From a virus, in IMG/VR virus record IMGVR_UViG_3300002461_000457, positions 1 to 44,287 of that record: a stretch of 44,287 nucleotides of DNA; one strand, written 5' to 3'. Each line of letters opens with the position of its first letter. Positions within the stretch are counted from its first letter, which is position 1. Both the position numbers and the translations under genes were made by a program. The notes beneath the pieces are model-generated. The model saw only the letters and a list, made by a program, of their open reading frames with translations, ran no database searches and had not been told where the DNA came from. Shown here piece after piece: positions 15,301-24,556 of this stretch.

Positions 15301-18300
15301 AGTCGTCTGCGAGTTGCCATAGATTTGCTCCAGTGTGTCAGCCCACGCCGGCATGGTTCGCCGAACCAGTATCGGGTCGATATTGTAGAGGGCCGAGACT
15401 TGGGCAAACAGTTCCAGCTGCCCCAGCCGGGGGTTCATCGCGCCACCCATGACGCTGCCCAGCGGGTACGACAGGATGCGGGCAAGGTCAGAGTCTGGCG
15501 ACGCGTTGAGCCACGCCCCATAGGCCTCGTCGAAGAGGTCACCGTTCTCGACGCCCCTTTCCGCCCAATCGAAGCGCAGCCGTGGGCTATCCATCGAGAC
15601 GGCATCGCGACCTTCGCTGGCCCCGAAGTCCACGGCATGCGAGATCTCGTGCGCCAGAGTAGTCAGGGCCTGCTTTCGCTCGACCGGGTCGTCGGAGTTC
15701 AGTCGCTCGAGCGTGTCCGATGACAGGGTAATGACCCGTTGGTCCGGGAAGAACGCGCCGTTCTGGCCGATGTGATCGCGTTGCGCGAAGGTAAGCCCTT
15801 CGATCACGTCCCTAGGCGCCAGCGTCGGGCCGAGCTCGTCGATCGCTTCCTGGACGTGCCCGAGAGCCTCGGTCGACAGGGCGACAACCTCCTTGCGGTT
15901 GCGCTCGGACTTGAACTTGAGGTCCTTACCGTCACCGGTTCGCACCGTGGCGGATGGCGTGCGGTCCTCCACAGAGCGATCGCTATCTCGAGTCCCGATG
16001 CGCTCAGTCACGGCATCCACGGCAGCGCGATCGATACGGCCGTCCATGAACCACGGCTCCGAGCGATCCGTTCGGTCCTCGTTCATGCTGATGCGGAAGT
16101 CTTTCGGGAACGTCTTCTTGACCTCGGCCAGCCACTGACGCCACTGCGCAGGGGTGAACCTGTACGTCTGTCCATTGCGGTCGTCGTACAGGAAGTACTG
16201 CCGGTTGTTCTTGTCTCGAGCGTACCGAACGCCGTAGTCTGTGCCGCCGTATTCGCCCTGCTTGACGGTTATGTCGGCGAACGGATTGGCGCGGCCCTCG
16301 ACCTCGTGCAGCAGCGCGTCAAGCGTGCCGTGCGACGCCTCCTGCCCAGACGTGACGACCCAGCTTTCCCAGTGCCACCGCCCCGGGCTGGCGTCCTGCT
16401 CGCGGCCCAGCTGCTTGTAAACGCCGGGCAGCACCCGCTGCAACTCCGCCTCGATCGTCTCGTAGAGCATCAGGCCGCGCACGCCGGAGGTCATGCTCGC
16501 CAGCCCAGACCCAGGCTTGATTGCCCGCTCGTCGATGAGGTCGCTCTTCTGGATGCCCTTCTCGCGAGAGATCCTCTGAATCTCTGCCTGCACGCGCTCG
16601 TCGAACTGAGCGCCGGTTTCGCCCTCGCGCTGCTCGAGCGTGGCGAACGTCTCCACCGACTGGAGCGACTGCTCATCGAGCAGGTTGCCGTAATCGTCGG
16701 TGATCTGGTTCGACCGCCTGCCCGTCAGCATCCCATAGTCATCGACGACCTCTGTCGTCGGCGAGGAGCGTCGGCGGATTGCCGTCTGGTACGTGCCGTC
16801 GTAAAGGTTGTAGTTCGCGAACGAGCCGTCGTCGAACACGTTCTTCATCTGCACTCGGTCGAGCACGACCACGTCGGTATGGCCGATGACCAGCATCGTG
16901 AAGCTGATCACCTTGTTGTCGATCCCGACGCCCTGCCCGATCTTGACGAACTCGCGCCGGATCTCCTTTGCGGTCATCTTCTTGTCGGAGAACATGTCGT
17001 GCAGGTACTGGAGCTTGGTCCTGCCGTCGGGCATGCGCTCCGACATGCGGGCAAGGAACAGCTTCCCGAACGCATTGAGGTTGTGCGTGGTCCCGTTCCC
17101 TGGCGCGGCGTCACCGTTGCGACGGGAGATCTCTTCCGCCCACTTGGCATACTCCGCCTGCTTGTTGGGACCGAAGTCGCCATTGGCCGAGGCCCGGACG
17201 AACGGCTCGATGCCGCGAACTGCGTCGAGGAACATCGACTCCTGCACGTAGGGGGAGACACCTCGAGAGAGGAACGACCACAGCATCAGCTTGCCAGTCG
17301 TTTCCACCGGGACCTTGCCGGCCTCGTAAAGCTCGCGGAACTCCTTGCCATTGGCGAACCCGGAGCTCGCGTCCGATATCTGGCCGGGAGTCAGCGAGCG
17401 CAGCTGCGAGACGATGCCGGCGCCATTGTTGGACAGCTGGCGAATGAGGTTGCGCGGAGCCACCGGAACGTCGTTGGACCCGAAGGCCTCGGCCTCGAAT
17501 TCCAGCCACGCACGGGCAGATGCCAGAGGCTTGGGGTGCGTCTTCTGCAGCCCGTCCAGGATGGACAACTGCTCAACGGCGTTGCCGTTGGTCGTCTTCT
17601 GCGTTATCTGGGCCTCGAGCGGGACTCGGGGCAGGCGAGATATGTCGACCTTCTCCCGCAGTCTGGGGACCAGACCGTGGCGGTTCGCGGCCTCGGCAGC
17701 CGCGACCCTAGCCTCTAGGGCCTGTCGTTGCTGCCGGGTTGCGCCGTTGACTTGCTGCCAGCGGGCGAAGTCGAAGCCGAACCCTTCTGCTTTCGCAGCG
17801 AGGATGTACGGGACAAGAAGTGCATCTGTGGCCCGCTCGAGAACTCCGGGTGATCCGGCGGCAGCATCGTCATCCCAAGTTTGGCGGACAACTCGCGTAT
17901 AGCCTTCGGTGACATTGCCATTGCTGTCCCCTTCCTGGAACGAATCGAGTACCCCGTGATTGTACGCGAAGGTCGATCCCGATAGGCCAACTTGTTTGGC
18001 CACCGAACTCAGCTTAGAGCCGTGCGCCACATACCCAGCCTCGTCACCGAAGTACAGGAACTTCAGCGACTTGCCGTCCGGGGTGAGCGAGGCATCCTCG
18101 CCGACCGCATTGAATGCCTTGAACGCACGCTGCACCTCAGCGGCCGAGAGAGGCTTGCCGTCCCCTCGCCCGAAGTACATGGCCGGCACAATGTCCTGGG
18201 CGCCCTCGTCGACCTTGGCGATCGCCTCAGAGGTAATCGCCGCGTCCTGCTGGAAGGCCGATGCGAGCATGGCCCCCAGTCCGCGGGTGCGCTTGAAGTC

Positions 18301-21300
18301 CAGGGCATTGCCGTCCTTGTCCTTCGCCGTGATGAAGAACGACAACTCCGGCACACCGCGCCACGACCCCTGGTACGTGACGATGCTCACCCCGTTGATG
18401 CCGAGGCTTTGCAGCAGGTCGCGGGCAGGCTTCGCTCGCAGGATCACCTCTGCGCGTGCGTGCAGCCTTGCGAGATCCCTGCCCTTTCGTCGGGTTACGG
18501 TGGCGAGCTCGTCGCCGGGCTTCGCCGAGGCGAGGACTGCGACGCCGCGGCGCTGCTCGTTGGCCGCCGACATGCCGACCTTCTCGTCGGCCTTCTTCTG
18601 CTCCCGCTCTGCCTGCTTCTGGGCCTTCAGAGCGTCGCGATCGGTGCGGTCCTCGAGCTCGCGATCGCCGGCGGCCTCATCGAACACTCGAGACTCGGCC
18701 GTCGGGAACACCTTCTTGAGCAGCGAGGGCTCCTTGCGGGGCAGGTCGCGGTTCTTGCCGGCGGCCTTGTTGATTGCCGCCACCTCTTCATCGGTCAGGA
18801 TCCGGGTGACGCGCATCTCGCCAGCGATGATCCACTGCCCGGTCATGTTGGCGTTGGTCTTGTACATGTAGTGGCCGCCGGCCGGGACCTGATCGTCGAT
18901 CTGCGCGGTCTTCGGGATGACGTTGCCCTTCTTGTCCCGCTTCGCCCGCTCGTTCGCGACCGACTGCCAGTCCTTGTCGGCGCCGACCTCGACCTGCGCC
19001 CAGACCTCGTTGCGCCTGCGCACCGTCGGCTTGCCGTCGGCGCCCTTGTCGGAGCCGATGTGGTGAGAGAAGGGCAGGTCGCTCGCGTGCCAGCCGGGGC
19101 GATACGCCAGCGTGCCGAGCGTCGACTTGACCCCCTTGCCCTGCCGCTCACCGGACTTCGCCTGCAGCCACACGCCCCCGTCGATCGCCTCGTTGGCGCG
19201 GACGTACAGGGGAAACGTCTTGCCTACGGCGTTGCCCTTGATTCGCAGCAGCTTGTATGCCGTGCGCGTTTTCTTGGGCGGGGTATCCATCTGGCTGAAC
19301 TCGAGGTCGTCGAGCTCTTCGAAGTCCTGATGGATCTGCGACTCCATGCCTCGGGCTGGGTAGGTCGTCTCGCGGACGTCGAAGATCTCACTGATCCGGT
19401 TGCCCTGCTTGCCCTTGCTGTAGCCCACGACCGAGTCGTAGCCGGCCTTGCGCACCTCATGGGCGACGATGTTCTCCTGCGTGGCATAGGCCAGCAGGTT
19501 GCCTTGTTGGCTGTTGCGCACGATCTCAGAGGCGAGCCCGCGGTCCGCGCCGTACTTCTCGAGCACGTCACCGATGCGCTGCACGAGCTCGGCCTGCGGC
19601 TGCGCATAGCGCCGGCTGGCACGCAGCACGTCCTCTCGCATGGCGTCGTACGCACCGGGACCCTTGATCGTGTCGTACGCAGTCTTGGGGGCCGCGCCGC
19701 CGGTAGCCCCTCGCACGAACATCGGCCGCCTCAGCAGCGTCTTGCCCTCGTGCCTCTCAGTGCCGCCGTACATGCGGTTGGATCCGCGATAGCCGACGGT
19801 CTGCGACGAGCTCGTGGGCAGGTAGAACACGCCAGTTCGAACAGACTCGGCGCCCTCCTGCTCGGGCTTCTGGAAGCGGACGGCGTCGATCTCGAGGCCG
19901 CCTTCGGTGATCGTTGCCCCGGGCGTGTTCGCGATCGCCTCGCGGAATACCGGGTCGGTCGGCAGCACCGAGGGCGTGTTCAGCCGCATGGCCTGCTCTG
20001 GGGTGACCTGATTGACCTCTCGATCCTGGCCGTCCTGCGGTTGCTGCTGGACCGTGGGCGCGGCGTTCCTTGCCGGTTGCTGCCGGCCGATGACGCGACG
20101 AAGGGACGCCGTGATCGCGTTGTTGTCGTCCTGGCGACCCTCAATCACCTCGGTCGGGCGGATGCGCTGCTCTCGGCTCGAGGCGACCTGATCTGGCGAC
20201 GGCAGGGCTGCGGTCGGGGTAGCGGACTCGACAGTGTCGCCTGCGAACTTCCCGCGCTTCCTCCCCTGCACGATCATCGGCGTGCCGTTGTCCTTGAACT
20301 CGGGGCTGATGGTCGGCAGGGACTCGCCCTGCTTCGGCTGGATGGCGGCGACAGCCTCCTTGATCCCGGCAAGCAGCTGCTCTTCGGGCGACATGGGCCC
20401 CTGCTGGGCGCGGAACTCCGGGTTGATCGCCGGCAGGCCGGGCTCGCCCATGGTCTTGGCGGCCGACTCGAGGGCTGCAGCCGCTCGAGCCTCCGGGTTG
20501 ACGATCTCCGGGTCTGGCAGGAAGGGCTGATTGATCGCAGGCGGGGACGCTGGCGGGGCAGGTTGAGCCGCGGCCAGGATCTCGCGCACCCGGCTGAGGG
20601 CCTGATCCTCTGGACTCATAAGGTCGCCCGGGAGTACCGGTGGTGTCCCTTCCGCCCCAGGGAGGAAAGGCGGTCGGGGTACGGTTCCCGGGCGAGCCTG
20701 TGGAACCGGGCGCATACCTGCAGAGGTAATGCCCGGATCGAATGTCTCGGAGTCGCTGAGTAACTGTCGTGCGAGGTCGGTGATCGTGTTCGCCTGTCCC
20801 AGCTGCGTGGGATCCATGCGACGGTCGACGCCGATGCGTTGCGAGATGCCGGCGCCGGCCTGCATTCCGCCGGAGACGATCGCGCCCATGGCGGCAGCAC
20901 CCGCCACTCGCTCGAGCATCTGCTTGGGCGTCATGCCGTTCTCGAGGCCCAGAAGCATGCGGTTCTCGATCTGGCCGAGCTCGGTGAGGCCCTCGCCCAG
21001 GGACTCGCCCAGCAGCGCCTTGACGCGTTGCGTGAGGGCCTCCCCGGTCATTCCCCGGGTCTTCATGGCCTTGATCGTTTCGCCGAAGCCGATCTGCTCT
21101 CCCAGGAATTCCCAGAATGCATCGGAGGCCGCCAGCTGCACGCGCTCGAGCGTCGGCAGGTTCGCGTACTTCGGGTCGTTGTACGTGCCGGCGCCCGAGA
21201 AGATCGACATGGCCATCGTCGGGGCCTTGGTAACCGCGAAGGATTCCATCGCGGCCGCCACCTGCGTGGGCGTTACGGCATTTTTCAGCGGACCCAGGCC

Positions 21301-22170
21301 GGCCCAGTAGAACGGGGCATTGGCGACGATGTTGGCGACCGCCTCCTGCGCAACGCCACCGATGCCGGTCAGCGGCTTGATGTTGGCGCCGAAGAGCTCG
21401 CGCTCCCTGCGGCTGCCGGCGAAGTAGTCAGATGCGGAATCCCAGCCGACCAGATCTGCAAAGGCCTTGGCGAAGCCCTCGCCACCTTGGTACAGCTGCT
21501 CGACGCCCTGCACTGCGCCTCGAGCTAGGGGCGCCAGCACCGCGCCAGCACCCGGCCGGCCACCCCTGGCGACCATCAGGTTGCCGTTCACGTCCACCAC
21601 GGGCGCAGGATCGCCACCGCCAATAGACGCGGCAGCCTGCCTGACAGCCTCGCTAGTGCGTCCGAGCGCCGTCGACGGGGCACTGGGGGGCGCAACCTGA
21701 GTACGCGCAAAGCCGGCGTCCTGGAGCAGCTTGCGGCGGGCGTATTCCGCAGGGCTGAGAGTGACCCCTGGAACGAGCCTCGACTCTGGCCCCGGAGCGG
21801 GCATCGTCGGTGACGACGGGACGGGCGTGCCGTCCATACCGGCCATGACGGATTGCGGCTTCGGCGGGGTGATCCCGACGGCCCGCTCGATCACGTTCGG
21901 CTGCGACGGCGCCGGCAGGCCCCAGACCTGTCGGGCTACGGCCATGCCCGGCTGCATGATCGCAGGCGCCTTGGAAATCGCGTCAGAGGCTGCCTGCGGC
22001 AAGCGCTCGGCGACCGCCTCCTTCATGGTCGTGACGACGCGCCGCACTGTGTCCATGAACGACGGCTCTGGGCGCTTCGGCGCACCCTCTGCCTCGAGCG
22101 GCACAAAGCCCCGCCGGGGAGTGTCCTCGACGTCGGTGTCCTGCGATTCTGCGAGAGGGACGAAAGGCAT
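12325..22170 (-). CDS. giant multi-domain virion / ejection (polyvalent-type) protein, 3,281 codons as one open frame
   Basis: Uninterrupted ORF in the T7 gp15/gp16 position. HEISH zincin motif at 15637-15651. Hydrophobic segments lie in the C-terminal third. Caveat: the coding signal leaves this frame at about 15215-15027 (see findings). Confidence 0.7.
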   Translation of the reverse strand: MPFVPLAESQDTDVEDTPRRGFVPLEAEGAPKRPEPSFMDTVRRVVTTMKEAVAERLPQAASDAISKAPAIMQPGMAVARQVWGLPAPSQPNVIERAVGITPPKPQSVMAGMDGTPVPSSPTMPAPGPESRLVPGVTLSPAEYARRKLLQDAGFARTQVAPPSAPSTALGRTSEAVRQAAASIGGGDPAPVVDVNGNLMVARGGRPGAGAVLAPLARGAVQGVEQLYQGGEGFAKAFADLVGWDSASDYFAGSRRERELFGANIKPLTGIGGVAQEAVANIVANAPFYWAGLGPLKNAVTPTQVAAAMESFAVTKAPTMAMSIFSGAGTYNDPKYANLPTLERVQLAASDAFWEFLGEQIGFGETIKAMKTRGMTGEALTQRVKALLGESLGEGLTELGQIENRMLLGLENGMTPKQMLERVAGAAAMGAIVSGGMQAGAGISQRIGVDRRMDPTQLGQANTITDLARQLLSDSETFDPGITSAGMRPVPQARPGTVPRPPFLPGAEGTPPVLPGDLMSPEDQALSRVREILAAAQPAPPASPPAINQPFLPDPEIVNPEARAAAALESAAKTMGEPGLPAINPEFRAQQGPMSPEEQLLAGIKEAVAAIQPKQGESLPTISPEFKDNGTPMIVQGRKRGKFAGDTVESATPTAALPSPDQVASSREQRIRPTEVIEGRQDDNNAITASLRRVIGRQQPARNAAPTVQQQPQDGQDREVNQVTPEQAMRLNTPSVLPTDPVFREAIANTPGATITEGGLEIDAVRFQKPEQEGAESVRTGVFYLPTSSSQTVGYRGSNRMYGGTERHEGKTLLRRPMFVRGATGGAAPKTAYDTIKGPGAYDAMREDVLRASRRYAQPQAELVQRIGDVLEKYGADRGLASEIVRNSQQGNLLAYATQENIVAHEVRKAGYDSVVGYSKGKQGNRISEIFDVRETTYPARGMESQIHQDFEELDDLEFSQMDTPPKKTRTAYKLLRIKGNAVGKTFPLYVRANEAIDGGVWLQAKSGERQGKGVKSTLGTLAYRPGWHASDLPFSHHIGSDKGADGKPTVRRRNEVWAQVEVGADKDWQSVANERAKRDKKGNVIPKTAQIDDQVPAGGHYMYKTNANMTGQWIIAGEMRVTRILTDEEVAAINKAAGKNRDLPRKEPSLLKKVFPTAESRVFDEAAGDRELEDRTDRDALKAQKQAEREQKKADEKVGMSAANEQRRGVAVLASAKPGDELATVTRRKGRDLARLHARAEVILRAKPARDLLQSLGINGVSIVTYQGSWRGVPELSFFITAKDKDGNALDFKRTRGLGAMLASAFQQDAAITSEAIAKVDEGAQDIVPAMYFGRGDGKPLSAAEVQRAFKAFNAVGEDASLTPDGKSLKFLYFGDEAGYVAHGSKLSSVAKQVGLSGSTFAYNHGVLDSFQEGDSNGNVTEGYTRVVRQTWDDDAAAGSPGVLERATDALLVPYILAAKAEGFGFDFARWQQVNGATRQQRQALEARVAAAEAANRHGLVPRLREKVDISRLPRVPLEAQITQKTTNGNAVEQLSILDGLQKTHPKPLASARAWLEFEAEAFGSNDVPVAPRNLIRQLSNNGAGIVSQLRSLTPGQISDASSGFANGKEFRELYEAGKVPVETTGKLMLWSFLSRGVSPYVQESMFLDAVRGIEPFVRASANGDFGPNKQAEYAKWAEEISRRNGDAAPGNGTTHNLNAFGKLFLARMSERMPDGRTKLQYLHDMFSDKKMTAKEIRREFVKIGQGVGIDNKVISFTMLVIGHTDVVVLDRVQMKNVFDDGSFANYNLYDGTYQTAIRRRSSPTTEVVDDYGMLTGRRSNQITDDYGNLLDEQSLQSVETFATLEQREGETGAQFDERVQAEIQRISREKGIQKSDLIDERAIKPGSGLASMTSGVRGLMLYETIEAELQRVLPGVYKQLGREQDASPGRWHWESWVVTSGQEASHGTLDALLHEVEGRANPFADITVKQGEYGGTDYGVRYARDKNNRQYFLYDDRNGQTYRFTPAQWRQWLAEVKKTFPKDFRISMNEDRTDRSEPWFMDGRIDRAAVDAVTERIGTRDSDRSVEDRTPSATVRTGDGKDLKFKSERNRKEVVALSTEALGHVQEAIDELGPTLAPRDVIEGLTFAQRDHIGQNGAFFPDQRVITLSSDTLERLNSDDPVERKQALTTLAHEISHAVDFGASEGRDAVSMDSPRLRFDWAERGVENGDLFDEAYGAWLNASPDSDLARILSYPLGSVMGGAMNPRLGQLELFAQVSALYNIDPILVRRTMPAWADTLEQIYGNSQTTEGAPQSADEVSQRLREALSDKGAFLSAEKRVARLEGPDRSAGQNRPGTPRGPPGSRVGAPPQGGPQPAGQRTVGGRAGGPGAPGRVARGSVAPTWGLNEPGLTDNLIREWQDKFIDVKQVQKEMLRAAGLVSEDNDTYLAEELYHGRVSTRVNKAVRNHVEPLIEAMRDTKTTADDLGRFLWARHAPERNRQMSKINPNGPTNLSGLYDDAAAATRDGNAGAPNAADIIAGFRRSGKLADMNRLAGMIDTITAATRQILVSEGLEAQSTIDSWNNVYKHYVPLFRDAEQASAGQGFKVVGPESKRAMGSQKEAIAIIAAVISQHERAIIRAERAKVGRALIKLAEDNPNPDFWRVDSPPVKRTINPSTGLVQLTVDPLYRQRDDVFIVKDKGPNGTVVERVITFNPSNERAMAISRAMNNLGVVQLGAVTKAVGRVSRLLANLATSWNPQFWVTNATRDIQTAAINLQSTELEGRAPQIIANIPKAIVGILSAEKGQGTSQWAQTYRAFQDAGGQTGWMQIWEDLRDRHEDIAKLLDRANRSRLDPREIGHKALEYVELTNSAIENAIRVSAFAEAKKIGLSDKRAASIAKNMTVNFNRKGNRNTAANAWYMFFNAQVQGTARMIWGLAKSPRARMYVGMMMAFAAALEMFNRMFYDDDRDPEGNRYYELIPEHVKQKNMIFMLPGGKHTSIPLAYGFNVFFGAGRLIMEAILAASGSGAVQERRKPIDLAWAFGETLIDAFVPLGQTSTPMQYVAPTIADPFVQYLENKTFFGSPMRPEPLPQSGPMPDYKLFFRSTSDTAKDLARWLSNLTGGDERQGGAIDISPTTIEHIVRTATGGVGQFGMVMLDFTRHSIDRAMGQAEAEDYPVRRIPFVGKFYGEVDDRDMAAKYYRLREDATKALKLLKAYQQDGDYEAAGKVEEEKPALIAMGREISSQQFKKAQSEISKSFKAVENMPRDERPKERRQLQRDEAALMARALQAYNDAQEQR

Positions 22171-22171
22171 G

Positions 22172-23194
22172 TCAGTTGTAGTGCCCGATGAGATTGCCGT
22201 CTTTGTCGCGGACTTCGAAGCCCTTGCCCGGAGTCCAGTTCGATATCGTTGAGCCTGGGTTGGCCTTCATGGTCGGGTCGGTTCTGAAGCGCGTCCGGGC
22301 CTCACTTTGCTTGCGCACGTCGATCTCTTGCTTCTGTGCGTCGGCCTTGGCGCCGGCAGCCTCGCCGCGGCCCCCTGCCGCCTTTGCTCGAGCGGCCGGG
22401 CCACCAGCAGCAACGTCCGCCTTCTTGACGCCTGCGCCCGCTCTGGAGGCCTCTGCAGCGGCCTTGGACTGATCTGCCCGAGCCCCAGGCAGGTCGACCT
22501 CGATCTCGCGGTTGGTGAGCCGCGTGCGTGCGCCGCTGGCCCCAGCTGCAGCGCTACGCTGCCCGGTAAGAGCCTTGGTGGCGTCGATCGCCGCGTTGAA
22601 CAGGTCGTTGTTGCCGATGGTGGCGACGCCAGACTCCTGGTTCACGACGAGCCCTTCACGCGTCGGCTGGCCGAACGGCTCACGCGCCTTGCGCCCGGCA
22701 GCGGTCACAAGCGGGGCCTGCTGGGCGGCATCCGAGATCTCGGCCGCCCGGTTGATCAGCATGGTGTCGATGCCGCGGCCGCCGGAATGCACCAGCTGAT
22801 CGGCGTTGGTCTTGCCTGTGGCGAGACGGTTGCCGATCACCGAGCCCATGAACGAGCGGAATGCCCGGTCCTGCTCTGGCGTCAGGGCCGGGGCCTCTAC
22901 ACCCTCGACCCCAAGAATTGCGTCTCGAAACTGGCGGGCAACCGGCAGCGTCAGGCCGGCATTAACAGCCGCAAAGGTGAGCCCGTTCTCCGGGTCCGCC
23001 CGGAAGGCCTGCTCGGCACGCAGAGCCTCGACCTCCTGGCGAGCCTTCTCGGCAAGGGCGGTGCGCTGGCCTACCTGCGCGACATGCGAGTCGATCGCGG
23101 CGTGGTCCGCTGCCGTCATGTTCGGCGTGCTGGTCACCAGTTGCCGAAGGGAGTCGGCGATCGAAGTCGGCCGACGGGTTCTGAATTCAGGCAT
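22172..23194 (-). CDS. internal virion / ejection-associated protein (340 aa)
   Basis: GAGGTG lies 5 nt upstream. Assigned from its position between small internal-virion-like genes and the mega-ORF. Confidence 0.45.
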   Translation of the reverse strand: MPEFRTRRPTSIADSLRQLVTSTPNMTAADHAAIDSHVAQVGQRTALAEKARQEVEALRAEQAFRADPENGLTFAAVNAGLTLPVARQFRDAILGVEGVEAPALTPEQDRAFRSFMGSVIGNRLATGKTNADQLVHSGGRGIDTMLINRAAEISDAAQQAPLVTAAGRKAREPFGQPTREGLVVNQESGVATIGNNDLFNAAIDATKALTGQRSAAAGASGARTRLTNREIEVDLPGARADQSKAAAEASRAGAGVKKADVAAGGPAARAKAAGGRGEAAGAKADAQKQEIDVRKQSEARTRFRTDPTMKANPGSTISNWTPGKGFEVRDKDGNLIGHYN

Positions 23195-23203
23195 CGTTGC
23201 ACC

Positions 23204-23905
23204 TCACAGTCGCAGGCCGAGCGACGGCCCGGCCGGCATCTTCAGCCCGACCGACCCAGTTAGGTTGCCGACCTTGGCCGCGCCACCGCTGGCGGCCGTC
23301 GCAGGATTCGCAAAGCCGAGCATCGCCAGAGCCCCGGACAGCTGGCCGATGGTCTTCAGCGTGCTGTTAGGACGAACCGTCTGGATCGCCGACATGTACT
23401 GGTCGCCGACGTTCCTCGAGGCCGAGCCCGCCGCGTTCATCTGCGTCGCCGCTCGCGATAGGCGCAGGTCGTCATCGGTGGCCATCTGGCCGGTTGTGGC
23501 GCCCACTGCCAGCTGCTCGATCGCCCGCTTGATCTTGGCGGTCGTGTCCTCGACACCGGCCGACCGAGAGCGAGCGTAGTCAGCAGAGACGCGGCCTCCG
23601 AAGTCAGGCCCCGCCGGTTGCGCCTTTACGGCTTCGGCAACGGTCTGCTCGATCGATCGCCGGACGTTGCCTTGCGTCGCCTCCATCTGGGCCGCTCGAG
23701 CCTCTGGGGTGATCGTGTCCATGTAGCCCTTGGTGGCAGCCTCTTGCTCGCCAGCCTTCACGAGCCCGTACTGCCTCATGGCCTCGGAGAGTTGCCTCTG
23801 ACGCTTCTCGACGCCGCGCTGGCCTGCGATCTGCGAGAGCGCACTGACACCGGCCGCCGCGTATGGCGCCCACGCCGGGAGTGCGGCAAGAAGTTCTGGA
23901 CCCAT
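23204..23905 (-). CDS. internal virion-like protein (233 aa)
   Basis: Assigned from position. The protein is Ala/Gly-rich with a hydrophobic N-terminus. Confidence 0.45.
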   Translation of the reverse strand: MGPELLAALPAWAPYAAAGVSALSQIAGQRGVEKRQRQLSEAMRQYGLVKAGEQEAATKGYMDTITPEARAAQMEATQGNVRRSIEQTVAEAVKAQPAGPDFGGRVSADYARSRSAGVEDTTAKIKRAIEQLAVGATTGQMATDDDLRLSRAATQMNAAGSASRNVGDQYMSAIQTVRPNSTLKTIGQLSGALAMLGFANPATAASGGAAKVGNLTGSVGLKMPAGPSLGLRL

Positions 23906-23908
23906 GGC

Positions 23909-24556
23909 TTAGTACCTCACGACCGTGCCGGAGCCGGTGTTGATGGGGTTGTAGATGCTCGACGTCTTTGCCTTCAATGCCGCCAGCATCTGCTGCTCTT
24001 TCGATGCGGCGTCGGACAAAGACTTGTTGAACGCCGTGTCGGCGAGGATGTCACCGAACAGCTGCTGCCTCTGACTGGAGTTCGCCATGTTCAGCGAGTT
24101 CTTCAGCCCCGAGGTCGCAGCGTTGACAGCTTCGGCGCCGCCACCGGAGGAGATCATGTTCAGAGCATTGGCACGAGAAGCCTCGCGCTGGGCCTGCAGG
24201 CTCGACAGGGCGTTGCGCACCGCCTCGTCGATTCTGGTCGCGCCCATCTGGTTGTCCCGGTCGAGCTCAGTCCTGCCCTCCGAGTACGCGCTACCCAGGT
24301 TACCGGAGTCCGCAGCCCTGAACTTTAGGTTGCGCATCGCGTCCGTAAACTTCTTGGACAGTTCGGTCGTGTAGTACCCGCGCAGGGACTCGCCCAGCTG
24401 CTTGTCCTCGTTCGCGAACTGCGCCTTGGCCGGCTCGGCATCGAAGAGTGAGTTGACCTGATCTCGCAGGGCCTGCTTACGTGCCTCCTCTTGCTTCTGG
24501 TACTCGATGCCGCTGTTGTCGCCGCCGCTTGCACCGCCAAATACTTTGCCCATCAT
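23909..24556 (-). CDS. internal virion-like protein (about 215 aa)
   Basis: ATGATG at 24556-24551 overlaps the upstream stop (ATGA). The sequence is coiled-coil-like and Gln/Ala-rich. Confidence 0.45.
   Translation of the reverse strand: MMGKVFGGASGGDNSGIEYQKQEEARKQALRDQVNSLFDAEPAKAQFANEDKQLGESLRGYYTTELSKKFTDAMRNLKFRAADSGNLGSAYSEGRTELDRDNQMGATRIDEAVRNALSSLQAQREASRANALNMISSGGGAEAVNAATSGLKNSLNMANSSQRQQLFGDILADTAFNKSLSDAASKEQQMLAALKAKTSSIYNPINTGSGTVVRY

Noticed and set aside
15739-20763. Very long plus-strand ORFs (15739..17718, 659 aa; 17992..20763, 923 aa) antisense to the mega-ORF
   Set aside because: Their translations are Arg/Gly/Pro/Ala/Leu-rich with no motifs and no RBS. They mirror the strong codon bias of the minus-strand gene, which is the usual stop-poor antisense artefact of GC-rich DNA.
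12325-22170. Possibility that the mega-ORF is an N4-like virion RNA polymerase
   Set aside because: I could not find the T7/N4-type polymerase motifs (the Asp-containing A and C motifs, or the RxxxKxxxxxxYG-type B motif) by eye. The gene also sits in a T7-like internal-core position, with a zincin motif and membrane-type C-terminus instead. A profile search could still overturn this.
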